From Actinomycetota bacterium (GTDB lineage Bacteria > Actinomycetota > Acidimicrobiia > Acidimicrobiales > JAJPHE01), in NCBI GenBank assembly GCA_027315345.1, contig DAHUYE010000090.1, forward strand, positions 112,241-176,240: a stretch of 64,000 nucleotides of DNA, read 5' to 3'. Positions 1-8,674 of this stretch are shown here, one piece after another. How positions within the stretch are numbered: the stretch's first letter is position 1; every line of letters starts with the position of its first letter. The position numbers were made by a program, and so were the translations under genes. The notes under the pieces were generated by a model that ran no database searches, was not told the origin of the DNA, and saw nothing but the letters and a program-made list of their open reading frames with translations.

Positions 1-34
1 CTCAGTGGTAAGGCGCGGGGGTGGAGAGCCCTGG

Positions 35-1255
35 TCAGGAGTCGAGGCTGCGGTGGACCGAGGCGATCAGGGACTGGGCCCGAGGGTCCGGCGTCATGAA
101 GGACGCCAGGTTCCACATCTTGTTCATGGTGTAGCCGAAACCGATCCCCCGGTCCGGATCGGCGTAGCCGAGGGAGCCACCGGCGCCGGCGTGGCCGAAG
201 GAGTTGGGGCCGCGATTATCGGGCTGGCCCGGCACCGGGAGCATGAAGCCCAGCGAGCGCCGGGTCTCCATGACCAGGACGGCGTCGGGACTGCACACCT
301 GCTCGGCGGCGGCCTGCTTCACCGCTCCTTCGCTGAGGAGCCTGACCCCGTCCACCTCCCCGCCCCGGGCCAGGGCGCCGTAGAGCCGGGCGAGAGACCG
401 GGCATTGGTGTGCCCGTTGGCGGCCGGAAGCTCGGCGAAACGCCACTCGGGGCTGTTGTTACCGGCTGCGAAGGGCGGCGAGGCCAGGCCCAGGGAACGG
501 AAGGCCAGCGAGCCGGGGGTGAACATGGCCATCACCCGTTCCCGCATGGCCTTGGCCTCCGGGGTCTCATCCGGGGCCGGCGCCATGGCCGCGGCTCCGG
601 CCGCCGGCTGCTCCCGAACCAGGTCGGCCACCCGGTGGTGCTCGGAGGCCGGCGTGCCCACGAACATGTCGAGGCCCAGCGGCTTGACCACCGCTTCGGC
701 CAGGAAGTCCCCGAAGCGCGCCGCCCCCGCTACTCGGCGCACGACCTCACCGACCAGCCAGCCGAAGGTCACGGCGTGATAACCCTGCTGGGAACCCGGT
801 TCCCACACCGGGGCCTGCTGCTCCAGGGCCTCGATCATCCGACCCCAGTCCAGAGCGGAGCCCGGAGCCAGGTCGGCGTCGATGACGGGCAGGCCGGCCT
901 GGTGGGTGAGCAGGTAGCGCACGGGCAGGCCTTCCTTACCGGCCCGGGCGAACTCGGGCCAGTACTCGCTCACCGGGGCGTCGAAGTCGATCTGGCCCCG
1001 GTCGGCCAGGATGTGGGCACACAGGGCGGTCAGACCCTTGGTGGTCGAATACACGTTGACCAGGGTGTCCTTCTCCCACGGCCGTCCCTGACGATCCGCA
1101 TCACCGGCCCAGAGGTCCACGATTGGCTCCCCGTCCAGGGTCACGGCGCAGGCCGCCCCCACTTCCCCGTGGTCACGGAAGTTGGCCTCGAAGGCCTCCC
1201 GGACGGGCTCGAAGCCGGCGGAGACGGTTCCATGAATCTCGGGCAGTTCGCTCAT
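35..1255 (-). CDS. serine hydrolase of the beta-lactamase/esterase (class C, EstB-like) family
   Basis: 406-aa ORF with ATG at 1255. SxxK nucleophile motif in NVYSTTKGLTA at about residue 70. The + strand ORF 5..1276 is its antisense shadow. Confidence 0.85.
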   Translation of the reverse strand: MSELPEIHGTVSAGFEPVREAFEANFRDHGEVGAACAVTLDGEPIVDLWAGDADRQGRPWEKDTLVNVYSTTKGLTALCAHILADRGQIDFDAPVSEYWPEFARAGKEGLPVRYLLTHQAGLPVIDADLAPGSALDWGRMIEALEQQAPVWEPGSQQGYHAVTFGWLVGEVVRRVAGAARFGDFLAEAVVKPLGLDMFVGTPASEHHRVADLVREQPAAGAAAMAPAPDETPEAKAMRERVMAMFTPGSLAFRSLGLASPPFAAGNNSPEWRFAELPAANGHTNARSLARLYGALARGGEVDGVRLLSEGAVKQAAAEQVCSPDAVLVMETRRSLGFMLPVPGQPDNRGPNSFGHAGAGGSLGYADPDRGIGFGYTMNKMWNLASFMTPDPRAQSLIASVHRSLDS

Positions 1256-1260
1256 CCCCT

Positions 1261-1266
1261 TATATT
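1261..1266 (+). promoter_or_regulatory. candidate -10 box (TATATT) for a leaderless transcript starting at ATG 1273
   Basis: This is the only AT-rich hexamer in the 17-bp gap between divergent starts 1255 and 1273. It has TANNNT form and ends 6 nt before the A of the ATG. Confidence 0.35.
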
Positions 1267-1272
1267 CCGCCC

Positions 1273-1836
1273 ATGACCACCGGCCCGTCGAACGAGGACG
1301 GATGGGTCAGGCACGGCGGGCCGGATCCCTTCCTGACCCCGGAGGAGAAGAAGGACATCAGCCGGAGGCTGAGAGGGCGGCTGGCTAGCCCGGTATCGGT
1401 GTGGACGGCCTGGGCCCGGGATCGGCGTGCGGTGGGCCTAACCGTCTCCTCCCTCATGGTCGGGGAAGGCGATCCGGCCGTGATCCTCGGCCTGGTCGGC
1501 CCGCTCAGCGATCTGTGGGAAGCGGTGGAGGCCAGCGGCCGCTTCATCGTCCATATCCTCGGGACCGACGACGTTCGCCTGTCGGACCAGATGGCGGGCC
1601 GTTATCCCGATGACCCCTTCCGGGGCGTCTCCATCATCGAAGCCGAGGCCGGCCCGGTGCTCACCGGCATCGAGACCAGGGCCGCCTGCACCCTCCTGGG
1701 TCACCGTCCGCTGGGCTGGTCCCAGCTGGTCGAGGGCCGCATTGACTCGGTGGAGCTGGGCCCGGTGGAGCGGCCTCTGGTGCACTACCGGTCCGGCTAC
1801 GTCAGCACCGGACCGCGCCGCGACCCGGACGCCTGA
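1273..1836 (+). CDS. flavin reductase-like domain protein (HpaC / NAD(P)H:FMN oxidoreductase family)
   Basis: Start trimmed to ATG 1273 (MTTGPSNEDGW), because the longer track ORF overlaps the divergent gene. Core GLTVSSLMVGEGDPAVILGLV...GRFIVHILGTDD resembles flavin reductase domains. Confidence 0.75.
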   Translation: MTTGPSNEDGWVRHGGPDPFLTPEEKKDISRRLRGRLASPVSVWTAWARDRRAVGLTVSSLMVGEGDPAVILGLVGPLSDLWEAVEASGRFIVHILGTDDVRLSDQMAGRYPDDPFRGVSIIEAEAGPVLTGIETRAACTLLGHRPLGWSQLVEGRIDSVELGPVERPLVHYRSGYVSTGPRRDPDA

Positions 1837-1881
1837 GGGCGGCGGCGGGAGCCCGTCCCAGTCGTCCCCACCATCGGAGTC

Positions 1882-3138
1882 CTAGGGGAACAGACCTCTG
1901 GCCTCGATGGCCTCGGCCACTCGCTCCACGCCGATGGCGAAGGCGGCCCGGCGCATGCCGACCCCCAACGTCTCCGCCTTGGCCCACACCTCCGCGAAGG
2001 CCCGGTCCATCCCGGCCCGCAGCCGTTCGGCCACGGTGTGCTCATCCCAGGCGTAACCCTGTCGGTTCTGGGCCCACTCGAAGTAGGACGCCGTGACGCC
2101 GCCGCAGTTGGCCAGGATGTCGGGCACCACCACCACGTCGCGCCGCTCCAGGATGGGATCGGCCGTCAGGGTGGTCGGGCCGTTGGCCGCCTCGACCACC
2201 ACCTTGGCCCCCAGGCGGGCGGCCACGTGGTCGTCGATGGCCCCCTCCAGAGCGGCGGGAACGGCCAACTCACAGTCGATACCCCACAGGTCATCGGCGG
2301 CCAGAGCGTCGGCCCGGTCGAATCCGGCCACGGTCCGGTGACTGCGCACGTGATCCGACAGAGCGGCCACATCCAGTCCGGCCGGGTTGTACACGGCTCC
2401 TCCGATATCGCTGATGGCCACCACTCTCATGCCGGCCGAGGAGAGCAGGAACGCCAGGGGGCCACCCACCTTTCCGAAGCCCTGGATCACCGCCCGTGAC
2501 CCGGCTATGCCGATCTCGGTCTCCCGGAACACGGCCCGGACGCAGACCACCACGCCGGCGGCCGTGGCCCCGGTATGGCCGAGGGTCCCTCCGATGGATA
2601 AGGGCTTACCGGTGACGGAGCCGGGCTCGGACATGCCGGCCACGGTGGAGATGGTGTCCATCAGCCAGGCCATGACCCGGCCGTCGGTGTTCACATCCGG
2701 GGCCGGAACGTCGCGGTCCTCGCCCAGCAGCGGCATTATCTCCAGGGCGTAACGGCGGGTCACCTTCTCCAGTTCGGTGGAGGACAGCTGGGTCGGGTCA
2801 CACCGCACTCCCCCCTTCGCCCCGCCGAAGGGAAGATTGGCCACGGCCGTCTTGAAGGTCATGCCGGCAGCGAGGGCCGCCACCTCCCGGGCGTCGAGCT
2901 GGGGGTGGAAGCGCAGCCCGCCCTTGGCCGGCCCACGGGTGGTGTTGTGATGGATCCGCCAACCGGTGAAGACCTCGACCTGACCACTGTCCATGCGGAC
3001 GGGGACGGCTACTTCCAGCACGCGCCGGGGAGTGCGGAGAATGCGGAGAATGTCAGGATCGAGGCCCACCAGTTTGGCTGCATCGTCCAGGCGCTCGAGG
3101 ATGGCGGCCCACGGATCGAAGTTGGTCACCGCCTCCAT
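1882..3138 (-). CDS. gdh: Glu/Leu/Phe/Val dehydrogenase family, most likely glutamate dehydrogenase
   Basis: 418 aa. Catalytic-lysine motif LPFGGAKGGVRCDP and dinucleotide fold VIQGFGKVGG. Confidence 0.9.
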   Translation of the reverse strand: MEAVTNFDPWAAILERLDDAAKLVGLDPDILRILRTPRRVLEVAVPVRMDSGQVEVFTGWRIHHNTTRGPAKGGLRFHPQLDAREVAALAAGMTFKTAVANLPFGGAKGGVRCDPTQLSSTELEKVTRRYALEIMPLLGEDRDVPAPDVNTDGRVMAWLMDTISTVAGMSEPGSVTGKPLSIGGTLGHTGATAAGVVVCVRAVFRETEIGIAGSRAVIQGFGKVGGPLAFLLSSAGMRVVAISDIGGAVYNPAGLDVAALSDHVRSHRTVAGFDRADALAADDLWGIDCELAVPAALEGAIDDHVAARLGAKVVVEAANGPTTLTADPILERRDVVVVPDILANCGGVTASYFEWAQNRQGYAWDEHTVAERLRAGMDRAFAEVWAKAETLGVGMRRAAFAIGVERVAEAIEARGLFP

Positions 3139-3205
3139 CCTGACTCAGAAGAGCCCGTCGCGCTCGGATCGCGCTCGATCGGGTGCGTCTCGCCTCTTGG
3201 GGCGA

Positions 3206-3397
3206 TCAGTTCCCACCCGGCAGCGTGCTCGACGTGGAAGGACCTCCCATGGTGGTCGTGGTCGTGCTGGTGGGAGGCGTCTGGATCGTTCCTCCGTTGT
3301 CCCCGGCCCCGCAGGCGGCGGCGCCGAGGGCCAGCAGGCCGAGGAGCCCGGCCCCGGCCAGGATGCGGAACAAGAGCCGGGGTTGGCGGCGCGTCAT
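3206..3397 (-). CDS. small secreted lipoprotein, Thr/Ser/Gly-rich (63 aa)
   Basis: MTRRQPRLLFRILAGAGLLGLLALGAAAC: basic n-region, hydrophobic core and a lipobox-like AAAC. Its ATG 3397 overlaps the rnhB TGA (ATGA). Confidence 0.55.
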   Translation of the reverse strand: MTRRQPRLLFRILAGAGLLGLLALGAAACGAGDNGGTIQTPPTSTTTTTMGGPSTSSTLPGGN

Positions 3398-4092
3398 AAC
3401 AGTTCCCCTTGCACAGGCGGGGCCGGCGGGCGCCACCAGACGAGGCGGTCCATGAAGGCCCAACGGCGGCGGTGGATCGAGGTCGGGCCCCAGGCCTGCA
3501 GGGCCGCCTCGTGGCGGGAGCAGGGATAGCCCTTGTTGGACTCGAACGAGTAGGCCGGGAAGTGCGGTGCCTCGGCCCGCATGATCCGGTCCCGGGACAC
3601 CTTGGCCAGGATCGAGGCGGTGGCGATGGAAAGGCAGGTGGCGTCGCCCTTGACGATGCGGGTGGACGTGTTGCGACCGACGAAGTCCCAGTTGCCGTCG
3701 ATGAGAACCTGATCCGGCTTCATCCCCAACCCGTCGATGGCCCGGGCGGCGGCCAGACGCTGGGCCGCCGACATGCCGAGGCGGTCGCACTCGGCCGGGC
3801 TGGCGTGGCCGACGGCCCAGGCCAGGCACCAACCCGCCAACCGGTCGAAGAGCTCCTCCCGGCGCAATTCACTGAGCATCTTGGAATCCCGCACGCCGTA
3901 GACGCGCCGGCCCGGAGCCAGCACGGCCGCGCCCACCGTCAGCGGACCGGCCCACGCCCCCCGGCCCACCTCGTCCACACCGACTACGACCTCGTGCCCA
4001 CTTGCCCACAGTTCCTGCTCGCGCCGGAGGGACGGCGGCTTTCCGTGGACGACCGAACGGCGGCGGCCGGTGGTGGCGGCGGCCTTGGTCAC
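3394..4092 (-). CDS. rnhB: ribonuclease HII
   Basis: Motifs VGVDEVGRGAWAGPL, DSKML and SIATASILAKVSRD. Start set to GTG 4092, because the upstream 262 codons of the 494-aa track ORF are antisense to the CoA-transferase gene. Confidence 0.85.
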   Translation of the reverse strand: MTKAAATTGRRRSVVHGKPPSLRREQELWASGHEVVVGVDEVGRGAWAGPLTVGAAVLAPGRRVYGVRDSKMLSELRREELFDRLAGWCLAWAVGHASPAECDRLGMSAAQRLAAARAIDGLGMKPDQVLIDGNWDFVGRNTSTRIVKGDATCLSIATASILAKVSRDRIMRAEAPHFPAYSFESNKGYPCSRHEAALQAWGPTSIHRRRWAFMDRLVWWRPPAPPVQGELL

Positions 4093-4146
4093 GGCGCCCA
4101 CGGTATCGTCCGCGACCGCCCGGTTGGTTCGAAGGGGGAGATCAGG

Positions 4147-5565
4147 ATGGAGCGCCAAGACGTCTTGCGGGCCATTCACCTGGCCGGTCTGCCGGTTCCG
4201 GTCGATGCCGACTTCGAGGTCACCGGGACCGACCCGCTCCTGGCCTCTCCCCACCGACTGGCGGAGGGAGCGGCCGTGGCCCGCCTCCTGACCGGCCTGG
4301 CCGCCAATCAGATGTGGGCGACGAAGACGGGCCGGCGCCAGCATCTCCGCGTCGACGCCCGTCATGCTGCCGCCGCCCTGACCTCCTTCGCCCATGTCCA
4401 GTTCCTGGATCGGGACCGGACTCCGCCCGTGGATAGACGGCGCAACCTGCGCTTCACCCGCATCGTGGCCGCCGCCGGGGGCCGCCACGTCCAGCTGCAC
4501 GGATCCTTCCATGACGGGCCCCAGATCCTCGATGAGCTCGGGCTGGGAGACGAGGCCAGCGCCGAGGACATCGACGTGGCCGTGAGCCGCCGGGACGCCT
4601 TCGAGCTGCAGGAAGCCTTCATCCGCAGGGCGATCTGCGGCGGCGTGGTCCTGAGCCCCCAGGAGTGGTCCGTCCACCCGCAAGCGGCCGCCCTGTCGGG
4701 ATGGCCCCTGGTGCGCATCACCCGTATTGGAGACGCCGCCCCCGAGCCGCTCCCCGACGGGGAGCGTCCTGCTTCGGGGGTTCGCGTCCTGGACCTGACC
4801 CGGGTCCTGGCCGGCCCCACCTGCGCCAAGACGCTGGCTGAGCACGGAGCCGACGTGCTTCACATCACTGCGGCCCACCTCGGCGCCACCGGTCCTTTCG
4901 ACGTGGAGACCGGGATCGGAAAGCGCCAGGCCGAGGTGGATCTCGATCAGGAGGACGGCCGGGAGGCCATGGCCGATCTGATCCGGGGTGCCGACGTCTT
5001 CTCCCAGGGCTTCCGGCTGGGAACCCTGGCCCGGCGGGGTCTCTCACCCGAACGACTGGCCGAGCTCCGTCCCGGCATCGTCTACGTCTCGGAAAACTGT
5101 TACGGCCACGCCGGACCCTGGTCCGCCCGGCCGGGGTGGGAGCAGCTGGCCCAGGCCGCCACCGGCATGAGCTGGACCGAGGGTGCGGCCGACCCGGCCG
5201 GGGTGCCCCGCCTGGCCCCGGCCGCCGTCAACGACTACTCCACCGGATTCCTGGCCGCCTACGGAGCCATGGTGGCGCTGGCCCGCCGGGCGGTGGAGGG
5301 CGGCTCCTGGCACGTGCAGACCTCGCTGTCCCAGACGGCCATGTGGTACCAGAGCCTGGGCCGGGTCGACCGTCCCGACCAGAGCGAACTCGGGGACCTG
5401 AGTGCCTTCATGGCCGAGATGGACACGCCCCACTACGGCCGGGTCCGTTACCTGGCTCCGGCCCTGTCCATGAGCGAGACCCCGCCGGGCTGGGACCTGC
5501 CCCCGGCGCCCAACGGCACCCACCCACCGGAGTGGGCGGTCAGGGCCGGCGGAAGACCAGACTGA
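4147..5565 (+). CDS. family III CoA-transferase (CaiB/BaiF/Frc family), atypical architecture
   Basis: ATG 4147 is preceded by GGGGGAG. GVRVLDLTRVLAGPTCAKTLAEHGADVL and catalytic-Asp region AAVNDYSTG are present. The canonical N-terminal segment starts only at about residue 211. Confidence 0.85.
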   Translation: MERQDVLRAIHLAGLPVPVDADFEVTGTDPLLASPHRLAEGAAVARLLTGLAANQMWATKTGRRQHLRVDARHAAAALTSFAHVQFLDRDRTPPVDRRRNLRFTRIVAAAGGRHVQLHGSFHDGPQILDELGLGDEASAEDIDVAVSRRDAFELQEAFIRRAICGGVVLSPQEWSVHPQAAALSGWPLVRITRIGDAAPEPLPDGERPASGVRVLDLTRVLAGPTCAKTLAEHGADVLHITAAHLGATGPFDVETGIGKRQAEVDLDQEDGREAMADLIRGADVFSQGFRLGTLARRGLSPERLAELRPGIVYVSENCYGHAGPWSARPGWEQLAQAATGMSWTEGAADPAGVPRLAPAAVNDYSTGFLAAYGAMVALARRAVEGGSWHVQTSLSQTAMWYQSLGRVDRPDQSELGDLSAFMAEMDTPHYGRVRYLAPALSMSETPPGWDLPPAPNGTHPPEWAVRAGGRPD

Positions 5566-8500
5566 CGATCTCGAAGGGATGCAGGTCGACCACGGCGGCC
5601 GCGTCCTCGTTGATCACCGGCGGCTCCAGGGGCCGCTCCAGCAGATCGATCCGGGAGCCGACCAGGGGCTCCAGGCCGTCCCGACCCGGTATGCGACAGC
5701 CAACCCGGACCCGCCGATGGCCTCCGGCCGCTTCATAGATGCGCACCACCGTGCCGTCCCCGTCGTCCGCCCGCTTCACCGCGCTCACCACCACCTGCGG
5801 GTCATCGACCTCGACCACGGAGGCGGCGCCCGGGACGCCGGCGGCACCGGAACCGGCAGCGGCGCCGTCGGACCGGGACGGCACGGCGCCGGTGGCGGCG
5901 GGGAGGGCCCGAAGCCGCAGCGGGCTATTGAGCCCGTGGGCGGCGGCCACGACCCCACCGGCCACCAGATCCCCGGCGTGGGGCATGACCGCATAGGTGA
6001 AGTGGTGCCGGCCCTGATCCGCCACCGGGTCGGGCCAGGTGGGCGAGCGCAGCAGGGTGAGGCGGATGACGTTGCCGCGTACGTCGTGGCCGTACTTGCA
6101 GTCATTGAGCACGGCCACCCCGAAGCCGGCTTCGGACAGATCGGCCCAGGTGTGGGCGCACACCTCGTACTTGGCTGCCTCCCACGGCGTGTTGGCGTGG
6201 GTGGCCCGCTCCAGATGGCCGTACTGGACCTCGAAACTGGCCCGGGGACTGTGAACATCCACCGGGAAGGCCGCCTTCAGGAGCCTCTGGGACTCGCGCC
6301 AGTCGATGTCGGTCTCGATCTCCAGATAGGGGCTGGCCGCCCGGAGCCGGAGGCGCTGAACGATCCGGGAGCTGCCCACCCGGCGGATGACCTCCACCAC
6401 CGCCTGCAGGGGCCCGGACTCGGTCAGCGCCACCGATTCGGCTTCGACCAGATCGACGGCGGAGGAGAAGGCCTCCACGTCCACGTCCCAGGCCTCGTAT
6501 TCATTGGGATGGTCATCGTGGAGCTGCAGCAGGTTGGCCCTGGCCCCGGCCGGAAGGGCTTCACGCCCGGACGCCACGTGGACCAGCGAGTCGATGAGCC
6601 CCTGCTCGTCCCAGCGGACGGTGATCAGACCGTTGGACATCCAGTCGTCCCCGACCACCACCGGAGCCACATCCGGATGCCCGGTGGCCGGCACCTGCAC
6701 CGACCAACCACAGGCCGGGACCTCCACCAACCCCGGGGTGCCGTCGATGTCAACCACCTCCCGGCGGGCCCACGACAGCGGGTTGAGGGCCAGCACCCGG
6801 CCCGTCCCGACCCCACCCAACCCGGCGGGCACCGACCGGGCCAGCCCGTCAACGGCCCGCTCGATCAGCCCGGCGGTGGCTGCGAAGAGTTCCTCGTAGT
6901 CGGCGGCGGTGTCCTGGTACACCCAGTGGATGGACGAGCCGGGGATGATGTCGTGGAACTGGTGCACCAGCAGCTTCTTCCAGGCGGCGTCGATCTCGGC
7001 CGCCGGGTACTCGAGCCCGACCCCAGCCGCCACCGTGGACCACAACTCGGCGTCGCGCATCGCCAGCTCCAGCTTCCGGTTGCCCCGCTTCACCTCGGCG
7101 TGGGTGGTGTAGGTGCCCCGGTGCATCTCGAAGTAGAGCTCCCCGACCCAGACGGGTAGCTCCTCGGCGGGGGACTCAGCCTCGATGGCCTCGAACGCCT
7201 CGGTGGCGGTCATGGGCTCGATGCGGGGAGCTCCTTCAAGGTCGGCCAGGCGCCGGGCCCGTTCCAGCATGTGACGGGTGGGGCCCCCGCCGCCGTCCCC
7301 GAAGCCGTAGAGGTACATGGAGCGGTCGGTGAGGGCCTTCTGGGCGAAGTTGCGGGCCCCGTTGGCGAGGTTGCGAACGGAAAGGTCGCCCACGTAGGTG
7401 TCGGCCGGGGGAAAGTGCGAGAGGATGCGGCTGCCGTCGATTCCCTCCCACCAGAAGGTGTGGTGGGGGAAGTGCGTCCAGTCGTTCCACGACAGCTTCT
7501 GGGTCAAGAACCAGCGCACCCCGGCCAGACTCAGGATCTGAGGCAGGTTGGCCGGGTACCCGAATACATCCGGCAGCCACAGGGCCCGGGTGTCGACCCC
7601 CATCTCCTCGGCGAAGTACCGCTTTCCGTGCACCACCTGCCGTACCAGGGACTCCCCCGACGGCAGATTGCAATCGGCTTCCACCCACATGGATCCGATG
7701 GGCTCGAACTGGCCGTCGGCCACCTTCTTGCGGATGCGCTCGAAGAGGCCGGGGTACTGCTCCTGCAGCCAGGCGAACTGCTGGGCCTGGGAGGCGGCGA
7801 AGCGGTATTCCGGATACTCGCCCATCAGGGTCAGGGCGGTGGAGAAGGTGCGGGCCACCTTGCGACGGGTCTCGCGCAGCGGCCACAGCCAGGCCGTATC
7901 GATGTGGGCGTTGCCCACGGCGGCGTAGCGATGGGCGCTGGCGTGGGAGGGCTTGGACAGCATCGGCACCAGCTCGGCCCGGGCCTGTCCGGCGCTGCCC
8001 ACCACGTCGGATTGGTCCAGAGCCCGTCCGGCCCGGTCCAGGGCGCGGAGGATCTGGGCCGAGCGGGCGTCCTCGGCCGGGAGTTGCTCGATCATCTCCA
8101 GGAGCAGCGACCAGTCCTCCCAGAGAGCCTCCACCTCCCGGTTGGCCACAGCCAGATGACACGCCTCCAGGACCAGGGTGGGCCGACCGCCGTAGTCGGG
8201 CATGTGCATCGGAGGAGGGAAGGTCCGAGAGTCGACCCGGGGGTTGGCGGCCGCCTCGATGAACAACTCGAAGGACTCACCGCCGTCGGCGGCCGGGCTG
8301 AGCACGATCTCGTCATGGTTGGGGCTGATGCCTTGCATGGGTTCCCCGTCCCGCCACACCATGCCCTCGGCGGTGAATCCGGTGCCCCCGCCCCCGCCCA
8401 GCCTGACCACCAGCACCACGGCCCGGCCGGCCCACTCGGCCGGAACCTGCCCCCGCACCCGGAACCAGGTGGTGTCCCACGCCGGGCCCCAGGCCTGGCC

Positions 8501-8674
8501 GACCTCGAATTCCTCGAAGCGGCCCTCCACCGCCTGGTCGAAGCCGATCGGCTCGCCCCCCACGTGATGAGCCGAGATCGAGACCTGGGAGACCGGCCCG
8601 CGCCGGGCCCGGGGCAGGACCACCCGGTGGATCCGCTCGGCTCGGGTCCTGCGGATGGCAATCGGCTCGGTCAC
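5540..8674 (-). CDS. alpha-mannosidase, glycoside hydrolase family 38
   Basis: 1044 aa. GNAHIDTAWLWPLRETRRK and DVFGY motifs typical of GH38. No signal peptide. GTG start overlaps the gpsA stop (GTGA). Confidence 0.9.
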   Translation of the reverse strand: MTEPIAIRRTRAERIHRVVLPRARRGPVSQVSISAHHVGGEPIGFDQAVEGRFEEFEVGQAWGPAWDTTWFRVRGQVPAEWAGRAVVLVVRLGGGGGTGFTAEGMVWRDGEPMQGISPNHDEIVLSPAADGGESFELFIEAAANPRVDSRTFPPPMHMPDYGGRPTLVLEACHLAVANREVEALWEDWSLLLEMIEQLPAEDARSAQILRALDRAGRALDQSDVVGSAGQARAELVPMLSKPSHASAHRYAAVGNAHIDTAWLWPLRETRRKVARTFSTALTLMGEYPEYRFAASQAQQFAWLQEQYPGLFERIRKKVADGQFEPIGSMWVEADCNLPSGESLVRQVVHGKRYFAEEMGVDTRALWLPDVFGYPANLPQILSLAGVRWFLTQKLSWNDWTHFPHHTFWWEGIDGSRILSHFPPADTYVGDLSVRNLANGARNFAQKALTDRSMYLYGFGDGGGGPTRHMLERARRLADLEGAPRIEPMTATEAFEAIEAESPAEELPVWVGELYFEMHRGTYTTHAEVKRGNRKLELAMRDAELWSTVAAGVGLEYPAAEIDAAWKKLLVHQFHDIIPGSSIHWVYQDTAADYEELFAATAGLIERAVDGLARSVPAGLGGVGTGRVLALNPLSWARREVVDIDGTPGLVEVPACGWSVQVPATGHPDVAPVVVGDDWMSNGLITVRWDEQGLIDSLVHVASGREALPAGARANLLQLHDDHPNEYEAWDVDVEAFSSAVDLVEAESVALTESGPLQAVVEVIRRVGSSRIVQRLRLRAASPYLEIETDIDWRESQRLLKAAFPVDVHSPRASFEVQYGHLERATHANTPWEAAKYEVCAHTWADLSEAGFGVAVLNDCKYGHDVRGNVIRLTLLRSPTWPDPVADQGRHHFTYAVMPHAGDLVAGGVVAAAHGLNSPLRLRALPAATGAVPSRSDGAAAGSGAAGVPGAASVVEVDDPQVVVSAVKRADDGDGTVVRIYEAAGGHRRVRVGCRIPGRDGLEPLVGSRIDLLERPLEPPVINEDAAAVVDLHPFEIVSLVFRRP

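Noticed and set aside
5-1276. Long ORFs antisense to well-supported genes. Examples: 5..1276 +, 5579..7159 +, 7271..8935 +, 9906..10982 -, 13510..14979 -, 34720..36540 -, 38696..40063 +, 40165..42069 +, 44226..45377 -, 54450..55604 -, 58311..59867 - and 58565..60769 +.
   Set aside because: Their translations are Arg/Gly/Pro/His-rich low-complexity strings with no recognisable motifs. Each lies opposite a gene with clear family signatures. Stop-poor antisense frames are expected at this GC content.
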